Shown: in pieces, positions 1-11,851 of the stretch
Layout: each line of letters starts with the position of its first letter
Numbering within the stretch: the stretch's first letter is position 1
Source of the DNA: Styela clava
Lineage: Eukaryota
DNA length: 64,000 nt
Reading direction: 5' to 3'
NCBI RefSeq assembly: GCF_964204865.1
Contig: NC_135262.1
Span: 3,534,001 to 3,598,000, forward strand
Made by a program: the position numbers and the translations under genes
Notes under the pieces: generated by a model
Databases searched by the model: none
What the model saw: only the letters and a program-made list of their open reading frames with translations
What the model was told of the DNA's origin: nothing

Positions 1-1019
1 CGTTTTAAAATAACAAACGAGAATATCGGTCGGAGACCGAAGACTTATCGATCGAAACTGCGATTTCGCTTCATGACTCTATAGTGACACCGCGTGTCCC
101 ATCACTAATCAAATAATAACTCGCTAATTATACAAAATAATTCATCCAAAATCAATAGGCTTTTGGTTCGAGATATGGTGAATGCACATGCAAAATTTGG
201 AGCAGATTCAGCCTCGCTTTCGTGAGATATCGCGTGCATCTATCAGACAAACAAACAGACAAATACCTATCAACATACTTACCGATCAAGATCGATGAGT
301 AATTGGTAAGTATCAGGTTAGGAATAAGTTTCGGAATGATTGGAAAATTTGAATTTCTAGTGCAATCTGCATTCCCAACCCTTACTCTACAAAAAATCCC
401 AAAAATTTGTAGTTCGAATGGGTAGACATTGGGATCCAAAAAGAATTTCAAGTTTTCAAAAAATTACGTTTCGCGCAGTTTACGGGTATAAATTTAGGTG
501 CAAGAACAACGAAATTAGACTCAGTTATTCGCTCATAATTGCATATATTCTCTAATAGATATTTGTATATAACGACCCGAGAAGTGAAACATTTACACAT
601 CATTTATTTCCAGATGCTCCGGTATATTAATCAGAGACGGTGACTTGTATGAGACGTATATGAATAAAGAGTAAATCTTAATTTAACTTCCACAACGTTT
701 TATTTGCCGTATTTCTCCAATTTGTTTAACCAAATTTACATCAGGAAATCAAGCATATCATTTTAATCAATACAATACACAACTGGCTACTCAACTGGCA
801 ATACCAATATCAACGAATTCCCTGAGCTATTTGTTTTTAGATAAAACATCAAAATTTGGTTGGAGAAAATTACCTATTGGCCCCTGGGCCGTAGTTTGTC
901 CGTGTCAGAGTTAAAAGCACTGAAATATATCCAAGCGCAATATATTTTTATGAAAAACCGGGCCGCAGAAATTTTGTAGTTTTGTATACGGATTATTGAT
1001 AGAAAATAGTCGAGCGGCA

Positions 1020-1348
1020 CTATTCACAGACTACTGACGCATCGTTGTCGTGAGTGCACAATGCATTGTACGGTCCATACTTCCCGACGCCGCGACACGA
1101 TTCGAACTGTGTAACCTCTCTATCGCAGTGAATTGAGATCAGCCATATTTTCCCTTTTCCTTCACCGAATCGAAATCCGACTCCCGCTTCTTTCGCTTTA
1201 TTGAATCCTAGTTCCCGACAAGCTAAGTATGCCTCATCCATTCCCCAAAGGTATCCACATATTGTTCCCCATTCTCCTGCATGGAACACTTCCAGTCTCC
1301 CTTCGCTGTCAGAATTTCCTCCTGCGAGTCTCAGCTGTCCATCTTTAA
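1020..1348 (-). CDS. Gene A' SRCR exon
   Basis: Identical translation to 11523-11851; acceptor AG at 1349-1350. Confidence 0.85.
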
Positions 1349-3531
1349 CTGAAATACAGTTACCTTATAAGTGTGGGACATAATTAGTAGTAAGTTTCAA
1401 AGATGTCCCTCGAGTTGTCCCCGAACCTGTTTTTGGAAATACTGTGATAATAGGAAACGCTCCCGTTCTGTTTGTTTTGTTTTAATACGACAAGGCTTTC
1501 TGAAACAAAGGACCCTGTTGTTAGGGAGTCAGATTCAAAAGCAAATCTGTCCTTAATTTTTTCCCGCCAACCCAGCACATAATGTTGCACAAATTGGCGC
1601 GTTGTTAGGTACATCAACCTCACTTATTGGAGATCCCGTGTTATGGTAGTATTTTTATAGATATTTCCTCTAAGCAAGGTCACGAGAAATTACTTAGAAA
1701 TTGACCTCCGAGCGAAGCTACGCGCGACTACCAAAATGCCAAGAGATTCCATTACAATCGGCCTAACTACCGACTCGTACAGTTCAATACTTACTCTCAC
1801 ACGTTGGTCCATTTCGCGTGTATGGTTTTTGACATTTACAGTCGTACTTTTCATTGCCTAAACGTTTGCATATTGCATTGTTACCACACGGGTTGGTATA
1901 ACAAGGATTAGAATCTGAAAATTTATAGGGATGTTATAGTTTTTATATTTAATTATTTATATTTTATGCATCGTGCTGATCGTTGAGGATACGCTGGCTT
2001 TCGCACCTTTGATTATCCTAACTGGGTTTGCAGGTTCGAAACGGGTGAAAAGAATCTCGCGGAAGATGAATCTGTAATTCGCGTCCCCTCCCTTTTCGTA
2101 ATTGCTTGCTGTTACCGCTTCCTTCCCCATCAAGTCTATGCATCCAAAACAAATACCTGGCTAACTAATCTTATAACCGACATGAACTGGTATCTGGCCT
2201 TTGTTTGCTATATGATAAACCGCCTTATCGGCTATTCGTTCCCCGGGGATAAATATGAAAATCCTATTTATCTTTTTTAAGGCCTTATATTTGCAAACTA
2301 TTGGTACTTGATTTTATTATTTATTTCCCATAGTCTTTAGTGCTATTATCTGCGTGCAAGGAATTTTCGAAATATCAGAGTGAAATGTTCATGTACCAAA
2401 GCATTTTTGAATTATTTTATGCGCCTACATTCTGCCATATTACATAAGTATTCCTATTGAAAATCTTACCTTGTTTTTTATTTTGTCCAGTCGCAGCATT
2501 TCCCTTTTTTAAATCTTCGATACTTTTAGTCTGCTCGTCGTTAATTTTACGAAGTTGGTTCAATTCCGACAGCAAAAAAACGATTTCTAAATGTAGATCA
2601 ATATTATTCTGTATTCGAAACACGAACAGTGCTACTTTGGTGAGCAGCCTCAGCGGTTGTGAACTTGAAGATTTTGGTTCGTACCAAAGTACCAAAGTAT
2701 CAACATAAGATACATGGTTCAACTCTGGTAAGCGATTGAGATCACGCTAAGCAAGTGAGATCGCCTTACACCAGTGTTTCTCAATCCATGGTACGCGTAC
2801 CACTAGTAGCCACACAAAATACTCCCATAGCCCCCCTTGAAAAGATAAAAATAAGTAAAAAAAAATGAATTTTTTGTTGGTACGCAGCCCGAGTAAATTA
2901 CACAAAAGTGGTGCGCAGTCAGTGAAAGATCAGTAAACCACTGCCTTCCACGAATATCAACGCTTCAAATTATCATTCTATGATCTGTTAATGCAAGGGT
3001 TCTGATTTCCTGGGAAATGATTTTATGTTATAGGATTATTAATCTCTCAACTTTCCTCACCAACCACGAACTTTGTACATTCCCGATCAGAACTAATAAT
3101 TGGGCAACAAATTCCTATATTTCGATATAGCTCCCTAAATATTTTTTTAATTAATTAATAAGAAACACAGCTACATAGAGACACTACTAAGAGACACAGA
3201 GTCGAAATGAGCCCGTATCGGATCTCCTATAGTGTCTGTTTCTGCATTAATAAAATGTTCAAATTTCACAAATTTTTAAACTGTAAGAATATGAATTTAA
3301 ATGAGACGACCCGTAACAGTATTTTACATTTCAAAATGCCTCCGATATAGCCTTTTGTGCCTCTTTTGGAGAGAATATTTACCGTGGACGTGTTACGTGC
3401 AGTTAAGAAACTCCCGATATAGAAAACAATCTAAGGCAAGAAGATATAGCGATAAACAATGTAAGAACAACGAATGAAATAAATACCTCCATTCTTCAAA
3501 CTTTCAATTTCACTAGTGAGTGTCTGTACCT
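1020..3531 (-). CDS. Gene A': inverted duplicate of gene A, exons 2-5 only (3487-3531, 2470-2586, 1795-1914, 1020-1348); no copy of exon 1, so either a 5'-truncated paralog/pseudogene or an alternative cassette
   Basis: Reverse-complement match to gene A exons with identical lengths (45, 117, 120, 329), intact splice sites and no stops. The SRCR peptide is identical to gene A. Homology ends in intron 1 at 4179/8923. Confidence 0.78.
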
Positions 3532-3624
3532 CTGAAAAAATAAGGGAACTTAAAATTATTAAAATTATAAGTGGCTTCATTATACTCTAAGCGGTATGTA
3601 TAGTTTTTTCAATATTGATTTATT

Positions 3625-4038
3625 ATTGGACACGAAGTGGACATAACGATCGTTTCAATATTATGTTGTTGTTGTTGTTGTTCTTTGACACGTTTTTAAA
3701 AAGTCGCTTTTCTCTTCGAATACTGGACCAATTGCTTTGAAATTTTCAGTGGTTAAAGATTAATTTTTTCGCTAGAAGGCTATTACTTTTATTTATTTCA
3801 AAATTTTGCGTGAATTCTATGAAATTTGATATTTCGTCTAAAATTTTGCTGTATAATTTTTTATCCATGGGAACACGGATTTTAGTCAGTGTCATGACTG
3901 GCTATACGTTTTGATTCTGCAAAATTCTTGCTACTGGAAATTCAGAACTTTTTTGAGGGTACCGGTAGCGTCAAAGGTACCGGTAAGGACTGATTCGCTC
4001 TGGTCTGACGTGTCCATATATTTGTGCGTAGCTCTCTT
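3625..4038 (+). mobile_element. HINE-like family 3, inserted only in the left arm
   Basis: Subterminal IR tggacacg...cgtgtcca, (TTG)n microsatellite; the empty site tttattgttaatt is visible in the right arm (about 9057-9070, reverse). Confidence 0.65.
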
Positions 4039-5169
4039 GTTAATTGGGCGAAGGCAGCTATCCACCATTTAATTGCCCATTGAATTTTTCCTGGATAAAT
4101 GAGATAAATTATTTATCCGGGGATGGACATTTTCATTCCTAACTTTTTATGGGTGAAATATACACTGAATTTTGTTTTGTGTGGCTCAATAAATGGCTCC
4201 ACATCAGCATATTGCAAACTGTGAAAAACTACTATTATGCCAAGGGTAACAAATCTGACAAATCATGGGGCTTTTGTAATTAGTAAAATTGTTGTTTTTT
4301 CTGGCTTTTTTATATCTTGATTTGGCTTTTTTGATTGCTGAGATCTGGCAGCCCTGCTCATGTACCAGCGAAGATCCTGGGAGCCAATCAGTTTGTTTTA
4401 TAATCTTTTTGCATTTTCGAACTTCTATTTGTTCTCTGCTGATCATGATCCAGTTTAGAATGTATTTACTAATTCATATTTAGAAAAAATGTTCAGGATT
4501 GATTTAAAATGGTGGATGATTTGGTTTTGGTCGAGCCTGATTATAGAATTCACCACCAAGAGGTCATTGTTCACGGCAACAACATTTCAGCATTTATGTA
4601 ATACCAAAGCTACGTGTCACGTTTGCATCAGAGTCTAATATAACTTCATGTGTAAAGTATACATGATTACACTACCTACGTTAGAAGTTGAAATTGAGGA
4701 ATAAAACCTATTTTTGAATTATTGAATAACTTTTTTCAATCGTGTTGCGGTTGCTCATCAATAATAAATTACTATATGTGCAATCCTTATCGCGCCGCAA
4801 TGCTGCCTCCACATGTACATATTTATTGTGTAACAAAATATCGCGAAAACTTTACCAGCACATCGGAATGACCAATGACCTTGGAAATGACTTTTCCTTG
4901 CCATCTTTTACTAATAGTACCAAAATAAAAATCAGCCCGCTCATTCTGTTAACAAATACATAACTTTCTTGCTTAGAGATATATTATAAAAACCTAATTG
5001 AAAAACTTTCATCACGGGAAAAATTGAAGAAGGTATTTGGTAACAGAATCCAGTTGTATATGAAAATTAACTTGTTTAACAGTATATATTTTTACTCTGG
5101 CGTGATAAGCCAAAAATTTAAAGATCAATGGCGATGACTCTCCATTGTCATATTAATTCATAACCAACG

Positions 5170-5545
5170 TTAAAAGATTTAAATGTATGATTTCGACTAT
5201 GCCTTTTCACGTTGAAATTTTGCAAAAACGCTTTCCACATTGTTGACATGTGTACGGCTTTTCAGTATGTGTTCGAATATTTGTTTTCAAGTTGTAGTTT
5301 GTTAAAAAAAAAACTGCTCACAATATTTACATGTGTATGCTTTTTTCAGTGTGGGTTAGAATATGCCTTCGAGTGAAAATTTTGAGAAAACACTTTCCAC
5401 ATTGTTGACAAGTATATGGCTTTTCTCTAGCATTGATTTGCATGTGACTTGCAAGTTACTAAAACTTTTGTAACAATAATTACTAGTGTATTGTTTTTCT
5501 ACAGCGTGGTTTCAAATATGGGGTTTTCAAATTGCCAGTGACCAT
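5170..5545 (-). pseudogene. Decayed C2H2 (Kruppel-type) zinc-finger array, about 4 fingers
   Basis: Minus-strand fragments HAVEKQYTSNYCYKSF, HMQINAREKPYTCQQCGKCF, HILTHTEK(P)YTCKYCE and RTHTEKPYTCQQCGKRF, with frameshifts and stops between fingers. Confidence 0.8.
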
Positions 5546-5884
5546 TACAGTATCTTTTGCGATGTAATTCACTAACTAGAGGGCCGTGATTGGCAGTGTT
5601 AAGCCATCGACTGGAGTTTTCCAACAAGCCGCCGGTGGGCAGGAGAGATCGGTCAATTTTCTGACATATATATATAGGCAGCATTTTTGTAATACTGTTT
5701 AAGCTGGTTGCAAAAAACACGCGCGTGTTTGAGTTTGGACCACCCTGATCTAGGAGATTAAATTACATAAAATTAGCTTTAGGAATGATAACATTTAAAA
5801 CATAAATTAATAATCGCATGAAAAAGGGTGGCACGATCGGGTAATTACACAAAATTAAAAACTACAGCTACAACTACACAAATC

Positions 5885-6150
5885 CTCTGATTACTCTGCG
5901 TGGGTTCGAATCCCATGCAGGGATGGTTACGTGCAAGAGGACTGCTGGACTCCTCGCCGCCTCGGGGTGGTTCACGAAACCGCTGGTCGGTTGCGCTTTC
6001 TTCCAACATCAAGTCCATGCTTCCGAACCAAATAATTAACTAATCCTATACTCGAATTGGAATGGTAACCGGACGAGACCGTTTTTCCCCATATGGTTGA
6101 GCCGTCTAACCGACTTTCCTTTTCCCGGGACGGGAAAAATATGTAAATCT
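5885..6150 (+). mobile_element. tRNA-derived SINE; copies about 62680-62866(-), 1972-2265(+), 10628-10935(-)
   Basis: Pol III B-box GGTTCGAATCC at about 5903; shared body gctggactcctcgc..gggtggttcacg and 3' ccggggataaatatg across copies. Confidence 0.7.
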
Positions 6151-7541
6151 CATTCTTTATTCATAAATCCGTGCGCAATTAACGATAAATTCACGAGCAA
6201 CTTATGTTTTGTGCGAATATTCTCCCGATTTTATAGTAATAGCAATTGTAATTCTGATTTATCATACAATTAAATTTATTTTAACTCAGAATTGTTATTA
6301 CTCGAAAATCGGGCGAAATTTTTTGGGCACCCTAAAATTTGAGTGCAGATGAAATAACAAATAAAATGCGTGTTCACTCTTTTTTTTTAATTCGTTTTTA
6401 TTTATTTTTTGGTTATAGGTTGTCTTAATAAAATTTCAAGACTTTGCAAAACAACAATATCAAGACTATACATTTCAAACGTAGATCGCTTGAATGCGGG
6501 CAATGAATGAGTACGCAAGATTATAAAAAGTTTGGTATTCATACAGGTGTTTTTTATTACATCATCCTGGTGATTTTTATAATATTTACAAAAATAAAAC
6601 ATTAGAATTCGCGAAATATATCCTCCGGCGGTAAAAACATCAACACATTTACGGACTCTAGCAATGCTATACAATATATATAGCTAGCTACACAGCTTTG
6701 TAGACTTCATCTGGTTTAGTATTAGAAATATTTGAAGAAAATTTCGAATAGCGTTGTCGGAAGTTTCTTTACAAAAATCTTACCTGGTAACTGTCAAAAG
6801 AATATGTTATTATAAATATGAGTTTACTTCGACCCATAATCAGCATATTAGACGATAAAGTAATTGCTAAAAACTAAATAAATAAAACTGATTATGGAAT
6901 CAGGACAGCAAATTAAACCTTAAGTGAGGTTCAAAACTCACAAATGTTAGATTGAAATGTTGTCGAAAGGTGTAATACGTGCTTGCTCACCCATCAGTAT
7001 GAATTTGTTAGCTGTAAAAGGGTAACTAAAGTCGAGGATAAGTTAATAGGTTCTCAGCATATGCTAATAAAAGCGTTATTGTGGTCGACTTACATTCTTG
7101 CCTGTAGTCTATGAAACGGATAATACCCGAAATTGCTATCTGTTGTATTGCGTGGTTCTTTGATACAGCCTAGTGTCGTGACGATTGCTCGTCATAACAT
7201 ATCAATAATATATTGATCGTCTGAATCCTATTATTTCAATAGCAGAACTTGGGGTGCCGCTGCTAGGTAACCAACTTTGGTTCCCTTCCCCAATAAAATT
7301 ATGTTCCTGACTTTTCGCATATTTTTTGCATTGTATCGGTTTATTATTTTTCTGGTTAAAAAAAATAAAGTTTGAGTTTGGCTATGCTTTTGCGCTGGTA
7401 GATACGGCATAATTTTTTCGAACCATTCCAAACGCCAGACTGAATACCTTTAGTTTCACCAAACTGCCGCCATACGAATTAGGCGTTAATGTTTGGGATT
7501 ATTGCTGGACTCTAAACCGCAGCTGGTTAGTTCATGAAGCC

Positions 7542-7911
7542 CAGTGATTTTCAAACTTTTTAAGCCGCGGCGCTTTTTTAAATTTTCCACGTTTCGTGCC
7601 ACACCTCAAACTTAACTAGCTAACAATAAGGTACAAATAACAGATAGTAAGGCGAAAGTATGTTTTATTCAAAAACACATTGAAAATACGTGGAACAAAA
7701 AAATTGAATTAAATGGAAAGTTCTGAAAACAAGCTAAATTTGTAACAACAACTCTGTGCAATTTCTAAACAATAAAGCAATGTAAATACAGGATATAAAA
7801 TAAGGCAGGATCAAATCTAACCAATATATTTACTTTTAATCAGCTTCACGCCTCCTTAAAAAATGTCCCCACCTCCTTTGTGGGGCACGCTCCGCCGTTT
7901 GGGAACCACTG
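7542..7911. mobile_element. hAT-type MITE (CAGTG...CACTG); related copies 2772-2943, 9737-9910, 19469-19616, 22751-23159 (nested MITE), about 27090-27391, 45985-46233
   Basis: Imperfect 8-bp TSDs: atgaagcc/atgtagcc, ccttacac/ccttccac, cattagat/caccagat. Confidence 0.75.
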
Positions 7912-8375
7912 ATGTAGCCACTTCTTACCTTTTGTTTCAAATCTCCTGACATACGTGAAAAACATCTTGTACAAAACGAACGCCAAACTATTTAGCCACT
8001 CTGACGGTTACTATTCGTCATTGTCTTTCTTTCGGCGATCCAGAAGTATGTGTACCAATATGGTGGTAACTAATTTTGTTCGCCTACTTTACATCAAGTT
8101 GTGTAAAGGAAGTATATTCACTTGTGTAACACAGACAGTCGCTAAACTCGTAATAGGCCTGAAATAGAAAATCGGAATAAAATTATGGACTAACCCTAAC
8201 CTGGTACAGGTACATTACCGGTACACTACCGTTGTAACTTTTTTCAAACTGTGCTAAAGTGTTGGCAATTGGAATCGTTTGTTTATAAAGTCATTAATCA
8301 TTAATCGCTAGTTTGACTTTTTCTATCATTTAACTTTTTTACAGATGTATCAGCATTGCATACAGTTATACAATA

Positions 8376-11300
8376 ATGAATTGGGTTTCCAATAAATTAT
8401 TTTTCACCATATGCCTCTTCGTCCACCTTTCAATGGCAGAGTATTTAAATTGTCGTTTCAAACCCGGATGCGATGGCAATCGATGTGATCCTTCGCCTTC
8501 ATCTCTTGAGCAAGGTTTCGGTATTTCTGATTATTTAAAGAAGAAAGAATTTCCCATAACTTGTGAACAGAAAAAGGAAGTTTCAAGCGATGTTGCTAGA
8601 CTATACAGCGAAAATGCTGACAATAGATACGAAATAAAACAGTTAAGAAAAGGTAAGTTGTTCAAATTGGGGCTCCCGAAGTATGCGAACCAAGATGGCG
8701 GACATCGGAATGTAATTCGTGTACTAGGTTAGGGTTAGGCCATAATTTTAGATATAAATACTACGGGAGGCTCTTGGCTAGTCTTCGAACTGATAATAGG
8801 ACTAAAATAAGGAAAATTGGAAAAAAATTATCGCCTAACCCTAACCTGTTACCCATGTTACGTTCCGATGTCCGCCATCTTGGTTCGCATACTTCGGGAG
8901 TACCAAATTTTTTAATAATGTTCAAAACAAAATTCAGTGTATATTTCACCCATAAAAAGTTAGGAATGAAAATGTCCATCCCAGGATAAATAATTTATCT
9001 CATTCATCCAGGGAAAATTCAAGGGGCAATTAAATGGTGAATAGCTGCCTTCGCCCAATTAACAATAAATCAATAATAATAAAAAGTATAGATATCGATT
9101 AGACTCATATTGTAAAGCCACTTTGCAATAATTTTAAGTTCTCTTATTTTTTCAGAGGTACAGACACTCACTAGTGAAATTGAAAGTTTGAAGAAGGGAG
9201 GTATTTATTTCATGCGTCGTTCTCAAATTGTTTACCGCTATATCTTTCTGCTTTAGATTGCTTTCTATATCATGAGTTTCTTAACTGCACGTAACACGTC
9301 CACGTGAAATATTCCCTCCAAAAAAGGCACAAAAGGCTATATCGAAGGCATTTTGAAATGTAAAATACCGTTACGGGTTGTCTCATTTTAATTCATATGC
9401 TTACCGTTGAAAATTTATGAAATTTAAACAGTCACTAGAGGAGATCCGATGCAGGCTCATTTTGACTCTGTGTCTCTTAGTAGTGTCTCTATGTAGCTGT
9501 GTTTCTTATCAATTATTTAAATCAATATTCGGGGAGCTATATATAGGAATTTGTTGCCAAAATATTAGTTCTGGTCGGAAATGTACAAAATTCGAGGTTG
9601 TTGAGGAGAGTTGAGAAGTTAATAATCCTCTAACATATAATCATTTTCCAGAAAATCAGAACCCTGTTTTAACAAACACAAAAGCGAATTAACAGATCAT
9701 AGAATGATAATTTGAAGCGTTGATATTCGTGGAAGGCAGTGGTTTACTGACCTTTCACTGACTGCGCACCACTTTTGTGTATTTTACTCGGGCTGCGTAC
9801 CAACAAAAAATTTTTTTTTTTTTTTTCATTTCTATTTTTTAGGGTGGGGGGCTATGGGAGTATGTTATGTGGCTTCTAGTGGTACGCGTACCGTGGGTTG
9901 AGAACCACTGGTGTAAGGCGATCTCACTTGCTCAGTGTGATCTTAATCGCTTACAAGAGCTGCACCTTTATGTTGATACCTTGAACCAAAATCTTCGCGT
10001 TCACATAACCGCTGAGGCTGCCCACCAAAGTAGCACTATTTGTGTTTCGAATGGTTCCATTACATTTGAACCCACGTACATTTGAACCCATGACAATTGA
10101 ACCTGTATGCTATTGCACCTATGAAATTTTTTTTGTTTCACGGATAGTTAAACCCATACTAACCCTAGCCCATGGGTTTTAGCACCCGCATATAGATTCA
10201 ACCCGTAGATATACGCATGGGTTCAAATGTACATGGGTTCAAATGTACGGTCACCGTTTCGAATATAAGATAACATTGATCTACATTTAGAAATCGTTTT
10301 TCTGCTGTCGGAATTGAACCAACTTCGTAAAATCAACGACGAGCAGACTAAAAGTATCGAAAACTTGAAAAAAGAAAATGCTGCGACTGGACAAAATAAA
10401 AAACGAGGTGATGTAATTATTTTATTAAATTGTTAGATTTTCAATAGGAATACTTGGTATTATGGCTGAAAGTAGGGGCATAAAATCATTTAAAAATGCA
10501 TTGGAACATGAACATTTCACTCCGATATTTCGAAAATTCCTTGCACAGATAATAGCAAAGACTATGGGAAATAAATAATAAAGTCAAGTAGGACTACAAA
10601 TATAGGGCTTGAAAAGGATATAATTTGACTTTCATATTTATCCCCGGGGAACGAATAGCCGATAAGATAATAGCCGATTTATCATATGGCGAACCACGGC
10701 TTCACATTCAGATACCAGTTCATGTCTGTTATGGGATTAGTTAGCCAAGTATTTTTTTTGAATGCATAGACTTGATGGTAAGGGATGCCGTAACAGCACG
10801 CGCCACGAAAACCACCTTACGGCGGTGCGAAGTCTAGATTCATCTCGCGCAAGATTCTCTTCACCCGTTTCGAACCTGCGCACACAGTCAGGGTATTCAG
10901 AGGTGCGATAGCCAGCGTATCTTTAATGATCAGCACAATGCATGATATAAATATTTTAAATTTAAGAACTCTAACATTCCTATAAATTTCCAGATTCTAA
11001 TCCTTGTGATACCAACCCGTGTGGTAACAATGCAATATGCAAACGTCTGGGCAATGAAAAGTACGACTGTAAATGTCAAAAACCATACACGCGAAATGGA
11101 CCAACGTGTGAGAGTAAGTATTGAAGCCGATTGTAATAAAATCTTTTGGCATTTTGGTAGTCGCGCGTAGCTTTGCTCAGGGGTCAATTTCTAAGTGATT
11201 CCGCGTGACCTAGCTTAGAGGAAATATCTATATCTAAATATATCTAATCATTGAGCTTGATGTACCTCAAACAACGTGCCGATTTGTGCAACGTTTTGTT

Positions 11301-11851
11301 CGGTGGAATTGAAAAATTTAAGAATAAGTTTGCTTTTGAATCTGACTTCCTAACAACAGGTTCCCTCGTTTCATACAGCCCTACCATACTAGAACAAAAC
11401 AAACAGTACGGGCGCGTAGATTATCACAGTATTTTCAAAAACAGGTTTGGGGACAACTCGAGGGACATCTTTGAAACTTACTACTAATTATGTCCCACAC
11501 TTATAAGTTAACTGTATTTCAGTTAAAGATGGACAGCTGAGACTCGCAGGAGGAAATTCTGACAGCGAAGGGAGACTGGAAGTGTTCCATGCAGGAGAAT
11601 GGGGAACAATATGTGGATACCTTTGGGGAATGGACGAGGCATACTTAGCTTGTCGGGAACTAGGATTCAATAAAGCGAAAGAAGCGGGTGTCGGATTTCG
11701 ATTCGGTGAAGGAAAAGGGAAAATATGGCTGATCTCAATTCACTGCGATAGAGAGGTTACACAGTTCGAATCGTGTCGTGGCGTCGGGAAGTATGGACCG
11801 TACAATGCATTGTGCACTCATGACAACGATGCGTCAGTAGTCTGTGAATAG
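8376..11851 (+). CDS. Gene A: secreted coiled-coil/EGF/SRCR protein, 5 coding exons (8376-8652, 9156-9200, 10291-10407, 10994-11113, 11523-11851), 295 aa
   Basis: All introns are GT-AG and phase 1. Exon lengths 277+45+117+120+329=888 nt give an open frame to TAG. Signal peptide MNWVSNKLFFTICLFVHLSMA; Cys module LNCRFKPGCDGNRCDP...KEFPITC; heptad exons EVQTLTSEIESLKKG and EIVFLLSELNQLRKINDEQTKSIENLKK; EGF DSNPCDTNPCGNNAICKRLGNEKYDCKCQKPYTRNGPTCE; SRCR GQLRLAGG..EGRLEVFHAGEWGTIC..CTHDNDASVVCE. Confidence 0.88.
8668..8905. mobile_element. MITE family with long TIRs (CAAGATGGCG motif, TTAGGGTTAGG); other copies 16628-16739, 19678-19795, 22806-22917, 25214-25450, 25812-26049, 27633-27859, 51478-51567 (half)
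   Basis: ctcccgaagtatgcgaaccaagatggcggac ... gtccgccatcttggttcgcatacttcgggag; 6-bp AT-rich flanking duplications at 19678 (atattt), 22806 (aaaatt) and 25812 (tatttt). Confidence 0.85.
10053..10255. mobile_element. Mutator/foldback-like MITE with 9-bp TSD GTTTCGAAT, right arm only
   Basis: TSD at 10044-10052 and 10256-10264; inverted sub-repeats tacatttgaaccca / tgggttcaaatgta; single gtttcgaat in the left arm (about 2614-2622, reverse). Confidence 0.8.
11523..11851 (+). CDS. Gene A terminal exon: 6-Cys (group A type) SRCR domain
   Basis: tttcag acceptor at 11522; LRLAGG, GRLEV, GEWGTIC, CRELG, FGEG, IWL and ASVVC SRCR motifs; stop TAG 11849-11851. Confidence 0.93.

Larger units (their letters stand above)
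1..4179. repeat. Left arm of large inverted segmental duplication (pairs with 8923-12842; likely continues beyond the window start)
   Basis: Base 1 pairs with 12842 (cgttttaaaataacaaacgagaat / attctcgtttgttattttaaaacg); collinear reverse-complement similarity through 3'UTR, exons and introns to caaaacaaaattcagtg at 4179/8923. Confidence 0.95.

Noticed and set aside
1384-1623. ORF pair 1384-1623(-) / 11251-11487(+) open in both arms
   Set aside because: They lie in intron 4, start with GTG/TTG, lack clear splice sites and domain similarity, and show heavy amino-acid change; similarity is explained by the duplication.
5895-5930. GGTTCGAATCC as a tRNA gene
   Set aside because: No cloverleaf or acceptor stem; it continues into a dispersed SINE body.
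8725-8740. TTAGGG repeats as telomere or interstitial telomere
   Set aside because: Only about 2 units, always inside MITE TIRs.
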